Below, one piece after another: positions 18,075-26,072 of a stretch of 64,000 nucleotides of DNA. The stretch is from Candidatus Latescibacterota bacterium (GTDB lineage Bacteria; Krumholzibacteriota; Krumholzibacteriia; WVZY01; JAKEHA01), in assembly GCA_963707635.1 (NCBI GenBank), contig OY970173.1:416001-480000 (forward strand). The letters run 5' to 3'. A program made the translations under genes and the position numbers. Each line of letters opens with the position of its first letter. The stretch's first letter is position 1. The notes below the pieces were generated by a model. It searched no databases. It had not been told where the DNA came from and was given only the letters and a program-made list of their open reading frames with translations.

Positions 18075-18828
18075 CTCCGATCACCTCGCGCGCCAGGTCG
18101 AGGTAACTCCTCGCACCCAGGCATTGGACGTCATAGAGCAGAATGGGTTTCCCGAAACTCGGCGACTCGCTCAACTTGACGTTGCGTGGAATCACCGTCT
18201 TGTAGACTTTCTCACCGAAAAAATTGACCGCCTCCTGCGCGACCTGGCTCGCGAGGTTGAGGCGCTTGTCGAACATGGTCAGCAACACACCCTCGATCGC
18301 AAGTCCGGGATTGAGCGACGCCTGCACCATCTTCACGGTGGCAAGCAGCTGGCTCAAGCCTTCCAGCGCATAATACTCGCACTGCAGCGGAATCAGGAGC
18401 GAGTCGGCCGCCGTCAATGTATTCAGCGTGAGCAGGCCGAGGCTGGGCGGACAATCGACGACGAGGTAATCGTAGTCGTCGCGAACGCGCGCCAGGGCCC
18501 GCTTCAGCCGGAACTCGCGCTGGGGTTCGGCGACCAGCTCGATCTCGGCGCCCGCGAGCGCCGGGCTCGACGGCAGGGCGTCCAGAAACGGCATCATGGT
18601 CGGAATGATGGCCTGCCGGACCAGGTTGTCGTCGAACAGCACGTCGTAGATGGTGGTGAGCAACGCTTTCCGATCGAGACCGATGCCCGAGCCCGCGTTC
18701 GCCTGCGGATCCATATCCACGAGCAGCGTCTTGCGTTCCGCCGCGGCCAGGCTGGCGCAGAGATTGACCGCCGTCGTGGTCTTCCCCACTCCACCCTTCT
18801 GATTGGCAATCGCGATGATGCGTCCCAT
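18064..18828 (-). CDS. parA: Chromosome partitioning ATPase ParA/Soj
   Basis: [25 protein letters not shown] and [10 protein letters not shown]; start at ATG 18828. Confidence 0.97.
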   Translation of the reverse strand: MGRIIAIANQKGGVGKTTTAVNLCASLAAAERKTLLVDMDPQANAGSGIGLDRKALLTTIYDVLFDDNLVRQAIIPTMMPFLDALPSSPALAGAEIELVAEPQREFRLKRALARVRDDYDYLVVDCPPSLGLLTLNTLTAADSLLIPLQCEYYALEGLSQLLATVKMVQASLNPGLAIEGVLLTMFDKRLNLASQVAQEAVNFFGEKVYKTVIPRNVKLSESPSFGKPILLYDVQCLGARSYLDLAREVIGDVH

Positions 18829-18842
18829 GGGTGTTGCGCCGC

Positions 18843-20165
18843 TTACGGCGTCGGAGGAGTGCAGGTGGGAGGCGTCGTGAACGGGCTGGCGTTGAGCCAG
18901 GGGCTCACGACGATGCGGGTTGCGACTGCGCCGGAATCCAGTGAATCGTGAATGGTCCCGTCGATGGTCGACTGCTGTGCCACCGGCGCACCCCAGTAGT
19001 TGCAGCTCGCATCCAATTGAGGCACCGAGACATTCTCCGGGAAGCCATTCTCGAGATAGATGTTCATGACCCCCGTTCCGACTCCGTTGCCGCTGAATTG
19101 ATTGAAGTGAATCTGCGGGAACTCGGCGTGCGAGAGGGTAATCCCGCGCGAGAAGTTGAATTCGATCTTGTTGTACTCGATGACGATCGACGCCGATCCA
19201 CTCGGATCCATGATCGCCATCCGAATTCCGCTGCTGCCGTTGATGCGGAGGTCGCAGCCCCGCACGATCACCGAATCGGGAATCGATGCGAAGGCGGCGA
19301 TGGCGATTCCATCGGCGCGACCGTTGCTGATTTCGGTGTCGATCGCGGTGAGTGATCCAGATCCCTCGACCAGTATGCCGGCGTCGCCGCTGCATCGAAT
19401 CATACAATTCGTCACGACAGCGCTCGCGTTATCACGAAGCCGAACTGCCTTCTGGCCGTATCGAATCTCCGTGTAGTCGAGCTCGATGAGCCCATTGACT
19501 CCGCCAATTGACGTTGCACCACGGATTCCCTCCCACCATCCCCGCTCGTCACCGCACTTGAACGTGCGATCGTTGGCCTGGATGACCACCGGCTCGGTAC
19601 TCGTTCCATTTGCGATCAGCGTTGACCCCGCCACGTCGATGACGGTCCCTGGGACGTCGATGAGCAACTCGGTGCCCGCTTCGATTGTTGTCGTCGTACC
19701 TTCGGAGACCGAGAAGATGGGATTTCCGGCCGGAGGCGACACAATATAGGGCGACCTCGCTTTCACGTAGGACGCGAGTGCGGTCTGGCCACTTGCCGCG
19801 TAACCTACTTTTATTAAAGCAGTTACGCTGCTGCTCACCTGGCCGTCGGAAACCCTGACGGTGAGCGTATCGGTGCCAATGGCGACAGGAGTCGCCCATC
19901 GCACGATGGTCTTCTCCGGATTCTGCGGGGTCAGGGCGGTCTTGTTGGGATCGCGGGTGATCGACCACGTGACGGTCAGGGGATCGTCGTCCAGGTCATC
20001 TACCGCCACCGATAAATTGACCGGTACCCCTCTTACCACTCCGATCTTCGTGAACAGGAGGTCGATGGTCGGTGGCCGGTTGACGGGCGTCACGGTGTCG
20101 CCCCCGCTCGTGCAGCCAAGAGCGACCAGGACCAGAAGGAGAGGCGGCAAGCCGCAAAAACGCAT
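18843..20165 (-). CDS. Lipoprotein with an Ig-like domain and a right-handed parallel beta-helix
   Basis: Lipobox ALGC; NRPP...[11 protein letters not shown]g-like motif; SPYIV...TIEAGT...WEGI; repeated GI..I..N units; NYWG. Confidence 0.7.
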   Translation of the reverse strand: MRFCGLPPLLLVLVALGCTSGGDTVTPVNRPPTIDLLFTKIGVVRGVPVNLSVAVDDLDDDPLTVTWSITRDPNKTALTPQNPEKTIVRWATPVAIGTDTLTVRVSDGQVSSSVTALIKVGYAASGQTALASYVKARSPYIVSPPAGNPIFSVSEGTTTTIEAGTELLIDVPGTVIDVAGSTLIANGTSTEPVVIQANDRTFKCGDERGWWEGIRGATSIGGVNGLIELDYTEIRYGQKAVRLRDNASAVVTNCMIRCSGDAGILVEGSGSLTAIDTEISNGRADGIAIAAFASIPDSVIVRGCDLRINGSSGIRMAIMDPSGSASIVIEYNKIEFNFSRGITLSHAEFPQIHFNQFSGNGVGTGVMNIYLENGFPENVSVPQLDASCNYWGAPVAQQSTIDGTIHDSLDSGAVATRIVVSPWLNASPFTTPPTCTPPTP

Positions 20166-20293
20166 TTAAATCCTTTTTAAACAACAAGTTATAGCGTGTG
20201 GGGCAGGCGTCTCTTTCCGAAGAATACGCGGCGGTCCGTCTGGGAATCAAGCGTGAATTGCGCACAAGCGCGCTTCAGCTCGTTTGTGGCACT

Positions 20294-20309
20294 GATTTCA
20301 CGTGAAATC
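20294..20309. promoter_or_regulatory. parS: parS-like site 1
   Basis: Perfect 16-bp palindrome GATTTCACGTGAAATC, whose 12-bp core matches the parS consensus TGTTTCACGTGAAACA; upstream of parAB. Confidence 0.75.
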
Positions 20310-20351
20310 TGCCCGGTGGGCCATGATGTGGTCCACTGCTCCCTCGCCTGT

Positions 20352-20367
20352 GGTTTCACGTGAAATC
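20352..20367. promoter_or_regulatory. parS: parS-like site 2
   Basis: GGTTTCACGTGAAATC, 58 bp from site 1. Confidence 0.75.
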
Positions 20368-20383
20368 TCGAAGTCCGTCACGC

Positions 20384-21016
20384 TCACCCTTTTTCGTGCA
20401 TGGTCGGCTTCGGGGTGCCGTACAGCCGAGGGTCGCCATCGAACTTCGCAGCCGTTTCGCTCGAGGCGAAGTAGAACAAACGGCCACCAAATGACCGGAC
20501 TGGGGAGGCATCCGCGGGCTGGAACCGAACCAGGCTTACCGGGTCGGTCACCTTGCCGCAGTAGCGATACGGCGCCGAAACGAAGGTTCTCAACGCCTCG
20601 TCATCTGATACGAAATAGACCTCATGATTCAAGAACGCGCGGTGGGACGCGTCGATAGTCGCGTCGCGGGCGGGATCCACGGCACACTTGAGGTGGGCCC
20701 CCATGTCCAGCAAATACGGTTCCGGACCTTGCACGAAGGTCGCTGCGCAGGGGCTTCAGCAGAACCCAACCGGCTGCCCGTTCACGTAGACCGCCGGCAT
20801 CTTCGGGTTCAGGCGTGTTTTCCTGACCGCACAGCGATCGTTGATGGTCACCAGATTCGTCTCGAAGTAACGCAACCGCGGAAATGAGTCCTCGGGGCTG
20901 ATCACTTCTGCCAGCTCCATGTAGTGGTGCTTGTCCTTGCCCTTCTTGGAACAGGCCGACAGCACCAGCGCCACCAGGGCGGTAATGAGAATCGCTCGCC
21001 AGCGCATCTGAATCAT
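20384..21016 (-). CDS. Putative selenocysteine-containing lipoprotein with three YHS/TRASH-like repeats (210 aa, U87)
   Basis: Track ORFs 20756-21028 and 20384-20734 share a frame and are separated only by TGA 20758-20756. Read-through gives VGFC-U-SPCAATFVQGPEPY. Lipobox LSAC, GGAGGT SD and SECIS-like hairpin present. Confidence 0.8.
20725..20741 (-). promoter_or_regulatory. Bacterial SECIS-like hairpin of the YHS lipoprotein gene
   Basis: GACCUU-CGUGC-AAGGUC begins 14 nt after the UGA; loop GU at +22/+23. Confidence 0.65.
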
Positions 21017-21047
21017 GCGGACCTCCAAGAATCCCCTCTAACGCGAG

Positions 21048-21680
21048 TCATGATACCCCGAAACGGTACAACGCGTATCTCCCGTATTCGCCTGAAGTCG
21101 AAGACATCAATGTGAAGGATCCTCGCGCGCCTTCGGGAGTGCTGTCACGAGGAATTGTCGACATGAATCGAGCCCCCGGCAGGAGGAGCCCCTCGATCTC
21201 ACCCGCCATCTCCAGCGGCGCACCGACCGCCATGGTAACCGCCACGGAGTACCGTCTCCGATGTTTTTCCGAACGGGCGGCGGCATACGCTTCGCCGCCG
21301 AATACCTCGACATTCGCCAGGGGAATAGATCGGACGAGGCGCTCGAGGAAGGCTACCTTGCGCTCGCGGCGTTCGATCAGGAGCACCGGCACACTCGGCT
21401 GCAGGATGGCCCACACGGCTCCGGGGAAGCCGGCCCCCGACCCGATATCCACGATCGCATCGCCTGCCGCTATGGCGACGAGACTCTCGATCTCCAGACT
21501 CTCGAGGAGGAGGCGCTCGCAGGTGGCGACCGGGTCCCGACGCGAGACGAGTGCAATCTCGCGCGTCCAGGTCAGAACCTCGGTCAGATACCGGGTGAGC
21601 CCGTCGACGACGGCTGGCTCATACGATGTAACATATTTATTTACAATTAGTTGCGCTGATTCACCGGGGAGTGGTTCCAT
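21048..21680 (-). CDS. rsmG: 16S rRNA m7G527 methyltransferase RsmG/GidB (divergent)
   Basis: VDIGSGAGFPG and LIERRERKVAFL motifs; directly downstream of mnmG. Confidence 0.85.
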   Translation of the reverse strand: MEPLPGESAQLIVNKYVTSYEPAVVDGLTRYLTEVLTWTREIALVSRRDPVATCERLLLESLEIESLVAIAAGDAIVDIGSGAGFPGAVWAILQPSVPVLLIERRERKVAFLERLVRSIPLANVEVFGGEAYAAARSEKHRRRYSVAVTMAVGAPLEMAGEIEGLLLPGARFMSTIPRDSTPEGARGSFTLMSSTSGEYGRYALYRFGVS

Positions 21681-23543
21681 CTAGGACCGCGGGTGCCGGT
21701 ACCGCTCGACATGAACCGCCAGGATGGACAGATCGGCCGCCCGGACTCCGGCGATTCGCGAGGCTTGACCGATCGTCTCTGGGCGCTTGCGGGTGAGTTT
21801 CTCCCGGGCTTCGGTGCTTAATCCGACCACGCCGTCGAACGCGAAGTCGTGCGGAATCGATCTGGACTCCAGATCGCGGAGCGACTGAACGTCGCGGGCC
21901 TGCCTCGCCACATAGCCTTCGTATTTCACCGAACACTCCACGGCGTCATCGAAGCGTGAATCCTCGCCGATCGCACCCATCTCGCGCAGATGGCGGCAGC
22001 GCACCAGCGGCCGGCGCAACACATCGCGCAGCGACGTGGGATGCCTGACCGGTTCGAGCCCGTGTAGATCGAAGACCTCGTTGCCGATTCCCGCCGGGAA
22101 GCTCGTCGTCCCGAGCCGCGAGACGATATCGTCCACGGCGGTCCGTCGCGCGAGCGCGGCGTCGAGTGCCGCGCTCGGGACGAGCCCGAGCCGATGTCCG
22201 ACATCCATCAGACGCTCGTCGGCGTTGTCCTGCCGGAGCAGCAACCGGAACTCCGCCCGGCTGGTGAACATTCGATAGGGTTCGTCGATCTCTTTCGTGG
22301 TGAGATCGTCCATCATCACGCCGATGTAGGCGAGATCGCGGGCCAGCACGAGCGGGGCTTCGTCGCGCAGAGCCAGCACCGCGTTGACTCCGGCCATGAA
22401 GCCCTGCGCGGCGGCTTCCTCGTAGCCGGAGGTTCCATTGACCTGTCCCGCGAAGTAGAGACGCGGGATGAACTTCGACTCCATCGTGCGATGAAGCTGT
22501 TCGGGCGGGAAGAAATCGTATTCGACCGCGTAGCCGGGGCGCGCCATGCGCGCACGCTCGAAGCCCGGGATGGATTCCAGAATGGCGAGCTGCACGTCGA
22601 CCGGCAGACTCGTGGAGATGCCGTTGAGGTAGAGCTCTGGATGGTCGATCCCTTCCGGCTCGACGAACACCTGGTGCCGGGTCTTGTCGGCGAAACGAAC
22701 CACCTTGTCCTCGATCGACGGGCAGTACCGCGGCCCAATGCCCTCGATGACACCCCCGTAGAGGGGGGAACGAGAAAGATTCTGCCGAATGACGTCGTGC
22801 GTTCGTTCGGTGGTGTATGTGAGGTGGCAAAGAACCTGCGGCTGCTCAATGCGGCGGGTTCGATAGGAGAACGGCACCGGTGGATCGTCGCCCGGCTGGG
22901 GCTCGAAGCGGGACAGATCCACGCTGTCGCGAAACACGCGCGGCGGCGTTCCGGTCTTCAAACGACCCATTCGAAGCCCCAGCGACTGGAGACTCCGGGA
23001 AAGGGACGAGGCAGCGGGCTCTCCCTCACGCCCACCATCGGTGCGACGCTCCCCGGTGTGCATGAGCCCGCGCAGAAAGGTCCCGGTCGTCAGCACACAC
23101 GCCCGCGCGTTTACAATCTCCGAGCCCGCGAGCTTGACTCCAGCGAACCCATTGTCCGACACGAGGATTTCTTCGACCTCGGTCTCAAGGACATCCAGGT
23201 TGGACTGCGCGGCGGTGGTTTCCTGCATGAGCCGGCTGTAGAGCCGTTTGTCAACCTGGGCGCGCGGGGACCACACGGCCGGGCCCTTGGCCCGGTTCAG
23301 CATCCGAAACTGGATGCCCGCGCGGTCCGTCGCCCGGCCGATTTCGCCGCCAAGCGCGTCGAGTTCTTTGACGAGGTGGCCCTTGGCCAGCCCGCCGACG
23401 GCCGGGTTGCACGGCATGTGTCCGATCCGATCGCGCCGGAGCGTCAGCAGCAACGTCTGCAGTCCCATCCGGGCCGAGGCAAGGGCCGCCTCGCAGCCGG
23501 CGTGTCCGCCGCCAATCACGATTATTTCAAATGTCTTAGGCAT
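21681..23543 (-). CDS. mnmG: tRNA uridine-5-carboxymethylaminomethyl modification enzyme MnmG/GidA
   Basis: GGGHAGCEAA, CNPAVGG, KTGTPPR, GPRYCPSIEDK, GQVNGTSGYEEAAAQG and EPYRMFTSRAE. Confidence 0.98.
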   Translation of the reverse strand: MPKTFEIIVIGGGHAGCEAALASARMGLQTLLLTLRRDRIGHMPCNPAVGGLAKGHLVKELDALGGEIGRATDRAGIQFRMLNRAKGPAVWSPRAQVDKRLYSRLMQETTAAQSNLDVLETEVEEILVSDNGFAGVKLAGSEIVNARACVLTTGTFLRGLMHTGERRTDGGREGEPAASSLSRSLQSLGLRMGRLKTGTPPRVFRDSVDLSRFEPQPGDDPPVPFSYRTRRIEQPQVLCHLTYTTERTHDVIRQNLSRSPLYGGVIEGIGPRYCPSIEDKVVRFADKTRHQVFVEPEGIDHPELYLNGISTSLPVDVQLAILESIPGFERARMARPGYAVEYDFFPPEQLHRTMESKFIPRLYFAGQVNGTSGYEEAAAQGFMAGVNAVLALRDEAPLVLARDLAYIGVMMDDLTTKEIDEPYRMFTSRAEFRLLLRQDNADERLMDVGHRLGLVPSAALDAALARRTAVDDIVSRLGTTSFPAGIGNEVFDLHGLEPVRHPTSLRDVLRRPLVRCRHLREMGAIGEDSRFDDAVECSVKYEGYVARQARDVQSLRDLESRSIPHDFAFDGVVGLSTEAREKLTRKRPETIGQASRIAGVRAADLSILAVHVERYRHPRS

Positions 23544-23581
23544 CAAAAATTGACAATCATGGTTCTCGCTGGTTGACAGTT

Positions 23582-24982
23582 TCACTTCCCAATACAGAAC
23601 CGCGAGAAGATCGCGTCCAGGAGTCCGTCGTGATACTGCCGTCCCACGGCTTCCTCATAGTCGGCGAGCACGGATCGGGCGCGAACCGCGATCAGCTCCA
23701 GCGGCTCGCGATCCCGGATCATCCCACCGAGTTCCTCGAGCTGCGACCGCGCGTCCTCCAACAACGCGACCAGGCGGGCATTGAGAATCGCTCGCGCGCG
23801 CGCCATTCGAGTCAGCGCTTCGGCCCCGGTCAGCCGGACCATGGCGGCGCGAAGATCATCCAGGCCGCGGCCGGTGAGCGCCGACACGTGAATTGTCTCG
23901 ATCCCCGGCGCCGTCATCCGCACTCCGCGCTGCGATGCGGACCCGTGCAGCAGGTCGGCCTTATTCATTACCACGAGACTCCGGGCCGCGTCGAGATCAC
24001 GGAGCGACAGCAGTGACTCCCCGTCCAGTTCGCCGGCGGACGCGTCGACCACGAAGAGCACCGCGTCGGCCGCCTGCGTGGCGTCCACCGCTCGATCCAT
24101 GCCGATGGCTTCCACGCGATCCACCTCGCCCGCCCGAAGGCCCGCGGTGTCGTGCAGCACGAATGGCACGCCGTCGATCACCAGCGTCTCGCGGAGCACG
24201 TCCCGCGTGGTCCCCGGGATCTCGGTCACGATGGCGCGGGCCTCTCCCACCAGCCGGTTGAAAAGACTGCTCTTGCCGGCGTTGACCGGCCCGGCGATGA
24301 CCACCCGGTATCCGTCGCGAAGTGGCCGGGCCAGCGCGGCGCTGCCGAGGAGGTCATCGATCTCGTCGCGCTGCCGCGAGATGATTTCCAGCGCCTCCGG
24401 CACATTCAGGGCGTCGATGCCCTCCTCGATGAAATCGATGTTGGCTTCCACCACGCCGAGCAGACCCAACATGTCGTCCGCGAGCGCGCCGACGCGCCGG
24501 GAGAGCCCGCCGGCCAGCTGGCGCTCAGCGACCGAGCGTTGCAGCTCCGAGCGCGCGTGGATCAAGTCCGCCACGGCTTCCGCCTGGATCAGGTCGATCT
24601 TGCCGCTCAAGAATGCCCGTTTGGTGAACTCGCCGGGTTCGGCCGGCCGCGCCTCGCACGCAAACAGCACCTCCAGGACCCGCGCGACCACCGCACTTCC
24701 CCCATGGCAGCTGATCTCGACCACGTCTTCACCGGTGTACGACTCGGGCCCCCGCATCACCGCGGCCATCACGTCGTCGACCCGGGCCCCGTGCGCGTCG
24801 AAGAACCCGCCGTGATAGAGACGGCGATGCTCCCAGGACGGCTCGAACGCGCCGCCGGCGGGTGTACGGAGAACGGTGGCGAGCACGTCCAGCGCCCGCG
24901 AGCCGGACATCCGCACGACCGCAATGCCCGATTCGCCCGGCGGCGTAGCCAACGCCGCGATCGTATCCGTGTGAAGTGCCAT
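23582..24982 (-). CDS. mnmE: tRNA modification GTPase MnmE/TrmE
   Basis: DTIAALATP, SYTGED, GPVNAGKSS, GTTRD, DTAG, NKAD and C-terminal FCIGK; extended -10 TGcTAGAAT 10 nt before the ATG. Confidence 0.98.
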   Translation of the reverse strand: MALHTDTIAALATPPGESGIAVVRMSGSRALDVLATVLRTPAGGAFEPSWEHRRLYHGGFFDAHGARVDDVMAAVMRGPESYTGEDVVEISCHGGSAVVARVLEVLFACEARPAEPGEFTKRAFLSGKIDLIQAEAVADLIHARSELQRSVAERQLAGGLSRRVGALADDMLGLLGVVEANIDFIEEGIDALNVPEALEIISRQRDEIDDLLGSAALARPLRDGYRVVIAGPVNAGKSSLFNRLVGEARAIVTEIPGTTRDVLRETLVIDGVPFVLHDTAGLRAGEVDRVEAIGMDRAVDATQAADAVLFVVDASAGELDGESLLSLRDLDAARSLVVMNKADLLHGSASQRGVRMTAPGIETIHVSALTGRGLDDLRAAMVRLTGAEALTRMARARAILNARLVALLEDARSQLEELGGMIRDREPLELIAVRARSVLADYEEAVGRQYHDGLLDAIFSRFCIGK

Positions 24983-25124
24983 GGAACCTGGAATTCTAGC
25001 ATGCGGAGCGCACTGCCTGAGGGTGGGATGCACTCCCTCGGACGCCAATCCGCAGTCGCGCATTTCAACCATTGTGCGCGGGAGGACGGCGGTAGAGGGA
25101 GTGCAGCCAGCCCCCGTGGCCGCC

Positions 25125-26072
25125 CTAGGGGGTCGGAGGATTCACGTAGAAACCCACCGAGTCGACCGACGTCGAGCCGAATAGCCCGATGCCGCCCTCC
25201 ACATGGAAGATCGGGCGGTTGAACGAGTCCCCGGCCTCGCCGCCGAAACCGATCCCCGCTCCACCCAGCACCGGATCCGTGCGCGCGAGGTCGAACCAGT
25301 TCCGGTCCATGGCGAAGACGCGCATCTTGTAGCTGCCCGCGAAGTAGATCGCGAGCCACGGTATCCGGATGGCGGTCGTCGTCGCCACCGCGAATGGCGG
25401 TGAGCTGTTGGTGCGTGTGAAGTTGTCGAGGTCTTCTTCGTCGAGGAAATCGGCGTCGATGAGAAGCGGCGAGGCGAGGTCGAGGCTGGCGAGCCCAACC
25501 TGATACCCCTGCGCGGGCGTCACGTCCAGCCGGATCTCGACCAGCCCCTCCGTATAGACCAGCTGATTCTCGGGCTGGTAGTACACGGAGTCACCCGTGT
25601 CGGCGAACGTCGACATGCGCTGCAGGACCGTCGCACCGGTATCGTCGAGCAGCACCCACTCGCGCACCTGAATCGGCGCCGGGGTCGTCGTCGTCGCGCG
25701 GAGCGTCCCCCCGTCGGGCAGATCCACGGTGAGATCGTACCGGGTGGAGGGAAGTATTACGGCTCCCGTGATCGGAGCCACGTAGTGGCCGCTGCTTCCA
25801 CCCTGATAGTCGAGGGAGCCACCATTCCAGGAGATCGTCACGGTTGCCGAGGCAATGCCCGCCCTGGCCAGCGAGAAGGGCTCGTCCGGCGCCAGCGTGC
25901 GGGTGAGGTAGAGGTCGGGAAAGGTCTCGCCGACCACGAGCATCGCGTCGACGACCGGCACGCCGACGCCCCCCGGCGCGAACAACTCGTCCGGATCGCG
26001 ATCGGTCGAGCACGCGGCCATCGACATCAGCGCGGCGACACCGATCCACTGCGCGAGCCTTGCACGGCGCAT
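25125..26072 (-). CDS. Lipoprotein partner of the TonB-dependent receptor (DUF4249-like)
   Basis: Lipobox MAAC and C-terminal HVEGGIGLFGS; the ATG overlaps the receptor's TGA. Confidence 0.65.
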   Translation of the reverse strand: MRRARLAQWIGVAALMSMAACSTDRDPDELFAPGGVGVPVVDAMLVVGETFPDLYLTRTLAPDEPFSLARAGIASATVTISWNGGSLDYQGGSSGHYVAPITGAVILPSTRYDLTVDLPDGGTLRATTTTPAPIQVREWVLLDDTGATVLQRMSTFADTGDSVYYQPENQLVYTEGLVEIRLDVTPAQGYQVGLASLDLASPLLIDADFLDEEDLDNFTRTNSSPPFAVATTTAIRIPWLAIYFAGSYKMRVFAMDRNWFDLARTDPVLGGAGIGFGGEAGDSFNRPIFHVEGGIGLFGSTSVDSVGFYVNPPTP

